Shown here: positions 1 through 14,875 of the stretch, one piece after another
How the letters are laid out: each line of letters begins with the position of its first letter
Numbering within the stretch: position 1 is the first letter of the stretch
NCBI RefSeq assembly: GCF_009914755.1
Contig: NC_060930.1
From: the human T2T-CHM13v2.0 reference genome, Homo sapiens
Strand: one strand, 5' to 3'
Length of the DNA: 64,000 nt
Notes under the pieces: generated by a model
Database searches by the model: none
The model's input: only the letters and a program-made list of their open reading frames with translations
What the model was told of the DNA's origin: nothing
Position numbers and translations under genes: made by a program

Positions 1-658
1 ACTACTGTTTCCATCAGCAGACTCACAAAAATCCATGCGTACTGGAAATGTTTACACTAGCTCCATTTCCTTCTCTGAAGCTTGGACTGGACACAGAGTA
101 GTCACCTAAACCTATGTATTCAATGGAATTAAACACAACACAGGCAACTACTCTGACCACCACCACTCACCACCAGCCCCTGCATTAGCACAAAGGACTT
201 TCATGTGTGTTTTCCTTACAACAACCTTGTGCTACAGAGGACAGAAAAATATGTTTCTACCTCATTTTACAAACGAAGAAGCACCATTTAGGGAGGCATG
301 ATAATTTGCCTTTATTCTTAAGCAAGTAAGTGTTGATGCTGGAATTAATTAACTTAAGCATCACTGTACAATAAGAGATACCAGGTCTCTCTTCTGTTGT
401 GGGTTTAAAATAGCTTATCGGATTTTCTGAGCCCTGAATACATTCCTTAAACCCATTTCATATTCTTTTCTCTGCTTTACTAGCCAGCAGGGAAGCTTAT
501 CGTTACTAATATAATTAGGTTGAAACTTCCAAGGGAACAGAAACCACTCCTATCTTGTTTGCTAGCACAGAACCTGGCACATAGCAAGCACTCAATAAAA
601 ATTTGTTAAATAAATTTGTTGAAAGAATTTGTGTATTTAAAGAACCTTAGAAACTTTG

Positions 659-1039
<381 letters not shown>

Positions 1040-1811
1040 TCATGTGAATAGAAGTAAATATTCTAACTGGGCTCACGCATCTGTCTCTGGTGAGTTTAAT
1101 TAGTTTAAGTTGGTCCATGTGATGTGCATTCACTTTAGGAGCACTGACAAATGTATTTTTTTCAGTCTGTAAAGGTGAGGACAGATCACAGACCTTGATA
1201 CTTTTATGAGGCTTCGAGGAACTAAAGCATCATTAACATTTCTTCTCTTTTAAATTCAACATGCACACCTTAAAATGCAGATTTAAATTGCAATTATTTT
1301 TGTGGATATCCTCACCTCATTCCTACCACTTCGCCTCTGCCTTGGAGCCAAGTGGCTGGAAACCTTTGGCATTCCTGTGGGTGGAACAAAATCTCCAATG
1401 CGGGAAAAGCGTCCTGAGGTTGACACCCTCCCCTTCCACACCTCCCTGCCCTCATGGGTGGATGGTGGAAGTCAGGCCCTCCTTCCCAATGAAGACCGTC
1501 ACCCACAGAGAGCAACCGTGAGAGCAATTACAGCTCTGGGTTTTGCAATCAAGCCAGGAGGAAAGGGAGGATGACCACTGACTAATCAAGGCACCTCTCC
1601 CCAAGTTTTTCCATTCCTGATTTGGGCTAGACAGTAAAGGTGCTGCCCTTCCTCTGATGATCTTGTTCCTTGCCCAGATCCTCATTTTGCAGGGTCTGGG
1701 GAGCAGCATCTTCTGTGGTGTGTAGAGTTCCTTGCTGCCTGCCTTGCCCAGATGGCTGGGAGCCCACGCAGCCTATATCTATAGATATAAACGTACGTGG
1801 TTCCTCTAAAA

Positions 1812-1975
1812 TGGTGGTTCTCGGCTCTACGCAATTTTGTCCCCAGGGGGACATTTAGCAATGTCTGGAGACATTTTTGTTTGTCACAACTGGGGCAGGG
1901 GATGTGCTACTACCATAGATGGGTAGAGCCCAAGAATGCCGGTAAATATCCTGTAGTGCACAGGACACCTCCCTA
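1812..1975 (+). mobile_element. MER20 (hAT-Charlie) fragment
   Basis: ggggacatttagcaatgtctggagacatttttgtttgtcacaactgggg...gtgcacaggaca matches the recalled MER20 consensus; 3' end missing. Confidence 0.85.
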
Positions 1976-4952
1976 TGAAATGCAAAGCAAAGGAAAACAT
2001 AAAGGCAAGCCCACGAAGAGTGCAGTTTGTTTAGGTTTGCTGAAAGGAGGCTTTTTAGTGATAAGAATGTCAAACAGCTTTCATCTGAAGGCCTGTGCTT
2101 TATAGTGAGTTCGCAAGGCCTTGGGTCTGCAAGTGCAGGGCATTCCCGGTGGTTTAGCCAGTGTCTGTGGCACAGTGCCTGGTCCATGGCATACTTCATG
2201 AATATTTCCTAAAGTAAGCATTGTAATTGGGACTGCAGTGTCTATAATAGGAAATTGACTCTTAATTAACTGGTAAGCAGGGGACAAGGAAAAATAATGT
2301 CACGAAATTTGAGGGTAGGACAGAGCCGGCAGGTCAATTAGGCTGTAGGACTTCATGGGATTGGTTGTCTAGAGAGTAGCCAAATGTTTAGAGATGTAAG
2401 GATCAGATGTCACCACTTAAGGCAGCTCAACCTGAGAGGAAAATGTAGTAGAGGCCATAAAGCCCATAGACTCGGTCCTGGTGCTTTCCGCACCCCTGGA
2501 CTTCCTCGAGCCTCTAGCACTGAAGGCTCATACCTTCAGCGGCTCTTGAGGTGCTTGGGGAAGGCTGGTTCATCAGTGCTCAGGAGCCAAGATCTCAAGG
2601 TCAAAGCCTGGTTCTTGGCTGGGCCTATCTTGCTATTTTGGTCTCTCCCTTTTCAAACATTTTATTTGCTATTTCCAGGTTAGTTCGCCCAAGTTAGTTC
2701 TGACATGTCAACCCCTTATTCTAAAACCTTCAACAACTTCCGATGGTTTACTAAATTAAGTTCAAACTCTTTGCTTATATGGTGTTCAAAGCTCTTTCTA
2801 TTCCAGCTCCTCTCCGCCTTCCTTGCCCACATTTTCTCCCTCCTGTGTTCCTTTCATCCCTTCCATTCCCCCTGTTGCACTCCTTCTCTATACACACCCA
2901 GAGTTTCTTTCAAGCTAGACAATTTGCTTTCCATGAATGAGCCCGTGCCCTCCCATCTCAGTGCCATTGCCCTGGGGCAGGAAAACAGAGTCATCCACTG
3001 GCCACCACATCACCTTGATGGTGGCTAACCTCACTCCCATCCATTTCTCCCTTCACTGTGTTAATTTCAGGGGTTCTTCTGCTCCCATAAATATGCAAAT
3101 CATTCAACACTAACGGAGTCAGAATCCAGGAATAAATACCCACTTCCCATCTACTGCTTGCATAGAGAATGTATGTGAATTAAAGAGATAATGCTATCTG
3201 TGAAGTGCTTTCATCTTCCTAGACTGAACTACATTCCTTCAAAGTATTATTCAGATTTCACATTGGCTCCCACATGTGCTTAGCATAGTAAGGAAGACCC
3301 CACCCGCTGAAAGCTGAGGCCTCAGTGCTTTGCTGAGCCACGGTCGTAGCAAAGATCCATAGTGAAGGTGCTGAAAATGCTCTTGAGTTTATCATTTACT
3401 TTAGATGTAAGTGTTGAATCTAATCAAAGGTTTTCTCTGCCAGGCTGCTGTCCTGTGTTAGACACTTTTCTCCCTTCAGGAGGTAGAGCCCTTGAGAATT
3501 CTAATGAAACCCCAATTTTATGGGGGCTTTGATTACATATGTCATCACCATTGTCCATTATGAAAATAAATTTTTTTGAATATGAAGAAAATACATCAGC
3601 AAACTTCAGTCCTCAAAGAGAAAGTGTGATGGGTGGAGAAAGTGGGAAAATTTGCAATATGATGAAGAGTTTGGGTGGCCTTGTTCAACAAGAACTACAA
3701 TAAATACTCCTCAAAGATAAAGGCACAATTAAAAGGAAATTTTCATTCCCACATATAACCTTTGCTTTGTGGCCCTCCCCACCAACCTAGAAATTTTCTT
3801 TTGAAACAGTGAGAAAGAGGAAGGATTGCCACAATAGCAATAAGAACAGTATCCTTCTACCTCAAGCACCCACCACCTAAGAGAGAATTTTCAAAACTTT
3901 TCTGAAGCTCTTTTTTTCCAACTCGTCTCCTATTTCTGAGCCTTTCTGGGGATGTCTCATGTACATTTATGGATGAGGTGCTTTCAACTACTTTGTGTTT
4001 TCTGTTTCCCCCATGCCTGTGATTGGGCTACTGATGCCTCTTGAGCTAGGGATGCAGGCCCATGTGGGCACCGGGCACCAGCTCCTAGGCTGAGGCCACA
4101 GATCTCCATCTGGAGGGCTGTAACTGCTGCTACTAAGTGGCCCAGACCCTCCTAAGCTGCACTGGGTTTCGTGCTGAAGAACGGGGCAGAGTCTTTCTCC
4201 CCATTGTGGGAATTCCTCAGTTACTAGGATACAGAACAGTGCTGCTCGTGTACCTAGAAATCAAAGAGGTTTTTTGTTTTGTTTAGTTTTTGAAAACAAG
4301 CCTTTTATTTCAATCCCCTCTTCAGAAGATTCAGAATGGGCTTTGCAACAGATGCTTTACTATCGCACTAAAATGTTCAGCATCTGCTCTCTACTGAGCA
4401 TTGTTTTTGAACCAGAATTTTATGCCTTAATTCTTTCTTTAGGATGAATTCTTTCCCAGGAGGCAATGAGGCTTCTTATAGAAATAGATACACAGTAGAT
4501 TGGCCCCACCACACATATCTCAGTGTTTAGCTGAACGGGGCTTAGTCCTAAGATGGAACTCTTGCTACATATAGAAGATGGCAATCTGTGAGTCTTTTAG
4601 TCCCAGACGTAGTGTAGGCTAAAAACCAGTCATAAGGCTTATTAGTTTTATTCAGAACTTCTTTGATAGGAATAAGAGCTCACTTAAGCTCACAAACTAA
4701 CAGGTGACTTCATAATGTAGGCACTGAGGACAACTAAGACTCATGGGAGCTACATTTGGGCAAGCTCTGGGCACAGAAGCTACTCTCTCTTTCAGGCCGT
4801 GTGGTCTTTTCTCTGCTTTTGCAACCCTTCTCCCTCTTGCTCTCTCAACCCTCTTTCCATGTTTCCCCGCATGGCTCCAAATGGCCAGCAGCCCAGATCA
4901 ATGTGTCTTCCATAGGGCCAGCTAAATACAGCCCCTGTTGATTCTTTGATTC

Positions 4953-5293
<341 letters not shown>

Positions 5294-5887
5294 TAGGCAC
5301 CAGTTGACCATTAGATGGGTTAGTTTTGGTTTGGATGTCCACCCTGTTTAAATCAGCAGTTCATGGGGGCATGTCACATATGTAAACATTGCTTTTTCCC
5401 CTCCAACAGGAGGTTTGAGAATTAGTCTGTGGGAAAGACAGGTATCCCCCTCCCCCAATAGTTACTGTGTTATGGAAGGAAGAGGCTTGTGCTGTAAGAG
5501 TCTTGCCCAAAGCAGATGCTCAGGAAAGGACTGTGGGAAAAATCTTGAGTAAAAGTGTCCCTGTGGTCTTGGACTCCAGGATCCAGATGGAAATTGGCCA
5601 TGTTATAAACTAGGGTTGCTGTCCTAGAGGATAATGACACACCACTGAGCCAGAAGCCTGAAAACCACCCTAATTATGAACTTAAAAAAGAGTAAAATAT
5701 CTCAGGGTGTATATCCCACTCCTGCCTCTACTGGGTTAATAGATTTTCAAGAGAAATCTTCTAATCCTCCTGGATATAGTTTCTTCCTCAAGAGGACTTA
5801 GGCAATGGAGGAATAAATAACACTGAGAAAGTTTGGGTTTCCTTCAAATGATGCTGCGGCTCCACTGCCTTTTAAAAGCTACTGTGA

Positions 5888-6199
<312 letters not shown>

Positions 6200-6669
6200 C
6201 TGAAATGTTTTTAATGAGTGCTTCTGTCTGGGTTTATATATCCTTGAAAGAGTTAATATTTCACCCAAGAGGTTGTGGAACTGCATTAGCATGTGTACTT
6301 ATTACTGCCTGAATCTGCAGCCGCAGGTTTCCTGCATTTTCAGCCAAGGGTTGGCGGCTTTTAGGCTTAGGGCTCTGAGATGTTTGAGCAGAGCAGAGCA
6401 CTAGGATGGTAGCTCTGAGGACAGCAGTGAGTTCCATTGACCCAAATCAGGAAGAGTGACATTAGCATCTTCATAGATTTCTAATGAGGGCGTTGAGAAT
6501 CCCATGGTGGGCTGATGCAGAGGCAGAAGTGGTGGGCACCCAGGTAGGGGGATATGAGATGGGTCAGGAAGGTGCTTTTACCCCTTGACAGATTAAGAGT
6601 TCATTTCCTTGATGCAAGCATTCTTTTTCATTTTAAAACAATAGTCCATGGGAAGTGGTATTTAATTAA

Positions 6670-6920
6670 TTTATATCATAAACGCTTACATTGTGCTTAC
6701 CATGGGCCAGATACTGTTTTGAGTACTTTATAATTATTGACTCATTTAATCCTCATAACCTGTGAGGTAGGTAAAATTATGTGTATTTTATAGATGAAGA
6801 CACTGAGACTCTGAGTGGCTAAGTACCATGCCCAAGGTCACACAGCTAGTCAGTGACAGCTGGGATTTGGATGCAGGTACCCTGGCTCCAGCATCTATGC
6901 TTTGAAATCCTATGCCATGC
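6670..6920 (-). mobile_element. MIR SINE
   Basis: ctcatttaatcctcataacctgtgaggtagg...tagatgaagacactgagactc...cccaaggtcacacagctagt is the MIR core. Confidence 0.85.
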
Positions 6921-8777
6921 ATAGTGATTCACATTAAATTACTAATATCTTTGTCAGGCTAAATTTATCATATAACTTTTCAGTGTCTGCCAGAATACAA
7001 GGGAGTGGGATGGTTGGTGGAAGCATAAATGCAGTGGGTCTTGATTAGAGGAGAAGCAAGGATGGGAGAAGAGGAAGAGTAATAATGGAAAGTTATAGGT
7101 GAGGAGAAATTCCAGAAGAATTGAGGAATGCTAAAGACAAGATTTATTCACCTCACGATTTTGCTATGAGCAAGCTCCCTGACCCCTAACATTTTCACAA
7201 CAAAGTTGGACATGCATATGATATCAACAGAACCCTTTCAAAATGGAAGCTATGTCACATAGCCAGATTAGCCACCATTTGTACACTGTTCCCTCCAATG
7301 GACTCTGGTGCTTGTATAACATAATGTATTTTCAGATACAAACAGGTTTATTTCCCTTGTGCTTGTCCTTGTATTCTTTGCCCTTCAGTTGGTGGCATCC
7401 ATTGCCTTAGAGAAGAGTTACTACAGAAGAAAGAGAGGGAAAAACAGAACCCATATGAGTTTCAAGGATCAAGACATTTTAAAACAGCTTTATTGACATA
7501 AAGTAAATAATATGTATTGAAAATATGTAATATTATGAGTTTGAACATATGTAAACACTCATGAAACCATCATCACAATTAGCACAATAAACATGATCAA
7601 AAGTTACTCTATGCTTTTATAATTCCTCCTTCCTCCCTCTCACCATGCCTTGTATTCCTAGACAACCCCTAATCTGCTTTCTATCACTGTATATTAGCCT
7701 GCATGCTTTCTAGAATTATATATATATATGGAATAATACAGTATTTATTCTTTGTCTGGCTTTTTTCCCTCAGCATAATTGTTTTGAGATTCATCCAGGT
7801 TATTGTATTAATAGTTTATTTCTTTTTATTGCTGAGTAGTATTTCACTATATGACTACAACATGGTTTGTTTCTCCATTTACCTATTGATGAACATTTGG
7901 ATTGTTTCCAGATTTTGGCTATAACAAATAAAGCTTCTGTGAACATTTGTGTACAAGTCTTTGTATGGACACATGTTTTAATTTCTACTGGGTAAATACC
8001 TAGCAGTGAACTGAGTCATGTAGTAGGTGCATGTTTAATTTTTGAAGCATCTGCCAAACTGTTTTCCAAAGAATTTTCACCATTTTACATTCCCACCTAA
8101 GACTGTATGAGCATTCTAATCATTCCACATCCTTGCTGACACTTGGTATGGTTGGTCTTAATTGCAGATATTATAATAGGTGTGTCGTGGTATTTAATTA
8201 CGGGTTTATTTTGCACTCTCCTAATTATTAATGGTTGTGAGCATCTTTCATGTGTTTATTTGCCATCTGTATGTCTTTTTTGATGAAGTATCTGTTCAAA
8301 TCTTTTGCTCATTAAAGATTTTTAAAATTAAATATTGAGATTTTAAAAAATATCCTGGGTCCAAGTCCTTTATTATCTATGTGATTAGCAAATATTTTCT
8401 CCCTGTCTGTGACTTGGTTGTTTTTTCATTCCCTTTAAAGTGTCTTTTGAAGAGCAGAAGTTCTTAATTCTAATGAAATCCCATATATCAATTCTTTCTT
8501 TTATGGATAGTGCTTTCAGTATTTCCTAACCCAAGGCCACAGAGATTTTCTCCTATGTTTTCTTCTACAAGTTTAATAATTTTAGTCTTTACATTTAGGT
8601 ATATGACCTATTTTGAGTTAATTTTTGAATGTAGTGAAAGGTATAAAGTTTATTTGCCTATGGATAGCCAATTGTTCCATTACCACTTGTTGAAAAGACT
8701 ACCCTTTCTCCACTGAATTGCCTTTGTCAAAAATTAGTTGTCCCTATGTGGTGAGTCTCTTCTGTTTCACAGATCTA

Positions 8778-9138
8778 TAGTAGTCCTCCCTTTTCTGTGG
8801 GGAGTATGTTCTAAGACCCCCAGTGAATGCCTGAAACCATAGATAGTACCAAATCCTATGTATACAATGTTTTTTTGATCTGATTACCCAGATGGCTACT
8901 AAATGACTAACAAGCAGGTAGCGTCTACAGCATAGATATGCTGGACAAAGGATCATTCATATCCCACGCAGGATGAAGTGAGATGGCACAAGACTTCATC
9001 ACATAACTCAGAATGGCATGTAATTTAAAACTTATGATTTTATTTCTGGAATTTTCCATTTAATATTTTCAGACCGTTGTTGACTGAAGGTAACTAAAAC
9101 TATGGAAAAGTGAAACTGTGGATAAAGGGAGATGATTG
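8778..9138 (+). mobile_element. MER44A (TcMar-Tigger) nested in the L1
   Basis: Terminal inverted repeats tagtagtcctccc...gataaagggagatgattg with TA target duplication at 8776-8777 and 9139-9140; interior matches recalled MER44A. Confidence 0.85.
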
Positions 9139-10201
9139 TATTTGTCTATATTTATACCAATACTGCAATATCACATTGCCTTGATTATTACAGTTAATTA
9201 GGTCTTGAAATCAGGTGCTGTAAGCCCTCCAAGTTTCTTCTTTTTTAAAGGTTTTGTTGTTATTGTTGTTGTTCTGGGTCCTTTTTGTTTCCAAATGAGT
9301 TTTAGAATCAGCTTGTCAATTCCTAAAGAAAGTTTGCTGGGTTTTTTTAATTGGGATTGCATTGAATCTAAAATTTAAGAAGAGTAGACATCTTAACAAT
9401 ATGAGTCTTCTGACTGATAAACAAAGTGAGTGTATTTCATTTTGAAGGGATAGTTCTTTACTATTACTGAGCAATGTTTTATAGTTTTTAGTGTATAGAC
9501 CATCACATATTTTGTCAGATTTATCCCACAGCATTTCATATTTCAATGCTTTTATAAATGACACTTAAAAAATTTCAATTTCTAAGGTTCATTGTTACTC
9601 TGTGGAAATATTAAATACAATTAATTGTTGTATATTGATCTTGTATCCTGCAACTTTCTTAAGCTCATTTATTAGATTTCTACATAGACAGTCATGTCAT
9701 TTGTGAGTGAAGACAATTTTATATTTTCTTTCCAACTGAATGATTTTTTCCTTTTTCTTGACTTATTGCACTGTCTGAAATCACTGATGCAATGTATAGG
9801 AATAAAAGTATAAATAGTGATTCACGTTAAATTACTAATATTTCTCTTAATATCTTAATATCTTTCTAATGCCTGTAGAATCTAGTGATATCACCTTTCT
9901 CATTCTTAATATTGGTAATTTGTATTTTCTTTCTTTCTGATCCATCTGGCTAGAGATTTATCAATATTATTTATATTCTCAAAGAACATGCTTGTGATTT
10001 ACTTTTCTCTATTGTTTTTCTATTTTATGGGCTTCTACTGTATTTATTATATGCTTTCTTCTGTTACTTTGGGTTTAATTTGCTCTTTCTTTCTTGTGTC
10101 TTAAGGTAAAAACAGATTATTGATTTGAGATCTTTTCTAATATAGGTGATAAGTGGTATACATTTCCCCAATAAGTACTGCTTACCTGCATCCTTTAAAG
10201 T

Positions 10202-10928
10202 TTAATATGTTGTGTCTTCATTTTTATTCAAAATATACTTTCTAATTTCCCTTTGGAATTCTTCTTTGACCAATGGGCTATTAAGAAATGTGTTATTTAG
10301 TTTCTGTAATATTTTGGAAGTTTCCAGATATCTTTTTATTTTTCTATTATGATCAGATAACATACTTTGTGTGGTTTGAATAATTTTAAATGTATTGATA
10401 CTTGTTTTATGGTTCAGGATAGAGTCCATCTTTGTAAATGTCCCTGGTGAACTTGAATAAAAAAAAGTGTACTCTGCTGCTTTTGGGTAGAGTGTTCTGT
10501 AAATGACACTTAGGTCTAATTGGTTGGTAGTGTTGTTTAAGTCTTCTATATCATTACTGATTTTCTGTCTAATTGTTTTATCAACTAGTAAGAGGGTAGT
10601 ATTGAAGTCTCCATCTATAATAGTGGATTTGTGTGTTTTTCCTGATAGTTCTATCATTCTTCTTCATGTATCTTCAAGGTCTACTATTAGTTATATAAAC
10701 ATTTAGGATTGTCATATTCCCTTGACAAATTTGACTGCTTTTATCCTTGGTAATATTCTTTGCCCTGAAATTTACTTTATCTGATATTAAAATAGCCACA
10801 TTGGTCTTCTTTTGACTAATGTTAACATGGTATATTTTTTCCACCCTTCTAATTTTTAACCTATTTAAATATGTTTGTAAAGTGGGTATCATTAGGCAGC
10901 AAAGACTTGGACTTGCTTTTTTATCCAA
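10202..10928 (-). pseudogene. Decayed L1 ORF2 endonuclease domain, non-functional
   Basis: Translation contains IIDGDFNT, IYRTLYP..EYTFF and SDHN, the L1 APE-like endonuclease motifs, broken by frameshifts and stops. Confidence 0.9.
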
Positions 10929-12761
10929 TATGAGAATCTCTGCTTTTTAATTGTGATATTTAGAATATGTACATTTTATATGATTATTGATACATTTGTG
11001 TTTAAATCTGTATGATCTTGCTTTTATTTTCCATTTGTCCCATCTGTTCTTTGTTCCCTTTCCCTCCTTTTCTGCCTTCTTTTTGATTGACTATATTTTA
11101 TGATTCCTTTTGATCTCTTCTGTTGGTTTATTAGCTATTACTAATAGCTTTTTGTGTTGTTTTGGTGGTTGCTTTAGAGTTTGTAGTACATACAACAATT
11201 TACCTCAATCTATCTTTAGGTGATAGAATACCACTTACATACTGCATAAGAATGTTATGCCAATATACTTCCATTTCCCCCCTCACAGCCTTTGTGTTAT
11301 TGTTGTCATGTATTTTACTTCTACACATTATAAACTTCACAGTAAATTATTATATTCATTTAAATTGATCAATTATCTTTTAAAGATATTTAAATAGTAA
11401 GTAAAAAGTCCTTTGTATATGCTCACATAGTTTTCTATTTACTAATACTTCTACATATTCTTTTGTTTAGATTCAGATTTTTGTCTGTTATTATTTTCCT
11501 TCTGCCTGAAGGACTTTAATATTTCCATCACAAGTGTAGGTCTGCTTTTGACGGTTTTTTTTTAGCTTTTGTTCTTCTGAAAAAGTCTTTATTTCACTTT
11601 GTTTTTGAAATATATTTTAACAGGGTAAAAAATTCTTTGCTGACAATATTTGAGTTTTATTTTGTTTTACCTTTTAGTATTTAAAAATATTGCTCCACTG
11701 TTTCTGGCTTGTATGTTTCTAAAGGGAAATCTGCTGTCATCCTTATTTTTGTTTCTGTGTACATAATGTGTTGTTTTCCTTTGGCTGCTTTTAAGATACT
11801 TTCTTTATTACAAGTATTAAGAAACTTAGTCATAATATACCTTGGCATAGTTTTCTTTGAGTTTCTTGAACTTGGATTTGTTGAGCTTCTCAGATATGTG
11901 GGTTTATAGTTTTCATCACAGTTGGATAATTTTTGCCAATTATTTCTCTAAAATGCTTTTTCTATCCCTGCTATTCTCTCCTTTTCTTTGAGGATTCCAA
12001 CTTCAAGTATACTGGGATGCTTGAACTTTTCCCATGAGTCCCTGATATTTGTTTCTTTTCTTTTTTTTTCATTCTTTTTTGTCTCTCTGTTCCATATCTG
12101 GATAGGTTTTATTACTTAATCTTCAAGTTTACTAAGCTTTTTGTCTGCCGTGACTAATCTTTTAATTTCATCCAGTGTATTTTTAACCTCAAACAGTATA
12201 GGTTTCATCTCTAGAAGTTTATTTTATCTTTTAAAAGTATCTTCTATGTCCCTACTTAACATGTTTCATCTTTCTTCTAGCTCCTTAAACATACGGAATT
12301 CCATTATAATAATGTTTAATATCCTTATCTATTAATTCTATCATCTGTTTTATTACTGAGTTGTGCTAATTTTTCTCATTATGGGTTATATTTTTGTGTT
12401 TGTTTGCATGCCTGATAATTTTTTATTGGATACCAGACATTGCCAATATTACCCTATTAGATGTGGGATGTGTTTTTATTTCTGTAAATATTACTTAATT
12501 CTGTTCTAGGGTGTGATTGAGTTACAGAAACAGCTTTATGCTTTTGAGTGTTGCTTTTATGCTTTTTTTTTAGGTGGGACTAAAGCTGCCTAAGTAATAT
12601 GGCTAATTTTTCCCCATTACAGAGGCAAATCCTTTCTGAGTACTCTGTGCGCCATGAATTATGAGGCTTTCCCCTCCAGCTGGTGGCAACAGGAATTATT
12701 CCTGCCCTATGTCACCTATGGGGATTGTTTGCCATGCATCTTTTGCTGGCTTTGTCCCTAG

Positions 12762-12999
<238 letters not shown>

Positions 13000-13004
13000 T
13001 TATA

Positions 13005-13392
13005 AATGTGAACTCTGAATAATGAGGATCTTCATTATGTTTACTATTCAATACTTTATCTTTTAAAGTACTTGAGGAGTTATACTCTTATTGCAAAGAT
13101 GATACACCTGCTGGAAACATTTGCAGAATTCCTCTGCTGGAATTTTCTTCAGAGATGGCGGCACATTCTGTTAAATCTTCACATTAATGACTAATCTTTA
13201 TTCTTTGAGCAAAGATATGAGTTTTTTTTTTTCGTTTGTTTGTTTTTTGTTTTTTTTTTTTTTGGTAGCACTCTAGCACCAGAATGATTTTGAGTTAAGT
13301 CTAATGAATAAAGAGGGGAGCCACCCTGGGTAATACCATCTATGGTCAAAAACGAAATGTGACTAAAAAGAAATTAGACTGATTTTTCTTGG
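13005..13392. mobile_element. MARNA-like ancient mariner-derived element
   Basis: ctgggtaataccatctatggtcaaaaacgaaatgtgactaaaaagaaattagactgattttt and aaacatttgcagaattcctc...ttcagag...cggcacattc match the recalled MARNA consensus; interrupted by a T-rich tract. Confidence 0.7.
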
Positions 13393-13429
13393 TAAAGATA
13401 AGGAAATAAATAGATAATTTAAAAATTAT

Positions 13430-13620
13430 TTTAAAATATTTTAAATCTAAGAAACTCTTTCTTGAGTCAACAAACCTATGGAATTTTAAGCAAATGAAAC
13501 CAATAAAAGCAGAGCTGCTTTGGTTAAGGGGGTGTCTGGAGCCTGGGTCCCTGCTCCCATACCTTGAATTCCTGAGATGGCCTTGAGGCTCCACACAAGA
13601 GTACAGTTAGAAAACCATTG
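13430..13620 (+). mobile_element. MER117-like hAT fossil (related copy at ~14265-14420)
   Basis: ataaaagcagagctgctttggttaagggggtg...cagttagaaaaccattg; a similar motif occurs at 14340-14390. Confidence 0.5.
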
Positions 13621-14485
13621 CTTGAGATGATAGCAAGTTAAAGATATTATTTTTAAAAATAGATTTTAAAAGATACAACATTCTCAGGCAGGTCATCCAT
13701 AGCCCTCTCAAACAGTACATGGCAATTATCAGACTTTTCTGAATCAGAAGTAGGATATAAGGAGTGACATCAAGAAATAAATGAGTTATTCTCTATTATT
13801 ACCCTAGTCAGAAGGCTTTCAAGATGACCATCCAGGAAAGTCAAACTCACCCTGCCATATTGCTCTCCTGCCACAGCAGTCTCCTAATTTTCACGAGTGA
13901 TGCCCTGTACTCTTTTTCCATTCCCCTCTAACCCGTCACTTAACACTAGGCCCAATGTTAGACTCTAGGGACAGTCTGTGCTCTTTGCCCCAAGCACTTA
14001 AATTAGGGCTTAGCATTGATTCAGTTCTGCTCCTCATCTCACTAACTTGGACAACTCATTTCTCCTGTGACCAAGCCTAGGCCAGGACCAGATGAGGGTC
14101 AGATTTTCTGCTCTCCAGGCACAGTCTCCCTATGATGTAATGGTCACTGCATGGACCTCTGGTCTTGTCTGCTGGGCCTCAGTTTTTGTAGATTTTAAAC
14201 TCAGTTTGGAACCTTTGGTCTGACATTGAATTGATCTTCTCCAAAGCCCCTACCCAATCCAATCAATTGTTTCACATCGGTTTTTCAGCCATAAAAAGCC
14301 TTTGATAAAATAAAAGTCTTATAGTGAAATATGTAAAACAGATGAAAATGGAGCTGTTCTGGCTGGAAAGAAGGTGAGGACCCTCATCTGCATGGCATCC
14401 TGCCTGGCATAGATTTAGTAAATGCTAACTGTTAAGTAATAAGGATAGCAACAGCAACAACCACCACCATTAGAAAGCTCAACCT

Positions 14486-14640
14486 GGTCAGGTGCAGTGG
14501 CTCACACCTGTAATCCCAAAGCACTTTGGGAGGCTGAGGTGAGAGGGTCTCTTAATGCCAGGGGTTTGAGACCAGCCTGGGCAACATAGTGAGACCCTCA
14601 TCTCTACACAAAATTAAAAATTAAAAAAAAAATTTTAAAA
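14486..14640 (+). mobile_element. FLAM_C-like free left Alu monomer
   Basis: Single Alu left arm with an A-rich tail. TSD aaagctcaac at 14474-14483 and 14638-14647. Confidence 0.9.
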
Positions 14641-14875
14641 GCTCAACTCAAATGCCACCACCTTCTCTGAGAAGACTTCTCAAAATCTCTCAAAGTCCCT
14701 CTTCCTCTTCTAAACTTGCATAATGTTTTATTTTGTACCACTTTTGGTAAAAGATACCATATTATGGCTTATATTAAAATTATTTTTATCTTTTCTATTA
14801 GACTTTTAAGTTCCTGAGGGAATATTGCCCAATTGTTTTATTTCTATACTTTTCCACAGAACTTCATATTATGCC

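Larger units (their letters stand above)
7480..12761 (-). mobile_element. Ancient LINE-1 (L1ME1/L1M4-like) with 3'UTR, ORF2 parts, ORF1 and 5' remnants; internally deleted
   Basis: L1M-type 3' end at 7480-8400 and ORF2-like sequence to ~10930. Minus-strand ORFs 10202-10657 and 10674-10928 translate to L1 endonuclease-like peptides. Confidence 0.88.

Noticed and set aside
1166-1174. 9-nt micro-exon-like ttttcag|TCTGTAAAG|gtgagg
   Set aside because: It lies in sequence resembling the MIR core (tctgtaaaatgggg), and no coding exons are nearby to give it context.
1261-3028. Cluster of overlapping 60-114 aa ORFs
   Set aside because: No domain similarity that I recognise, partly MER20/L2-derived, and no consistent splice structure.
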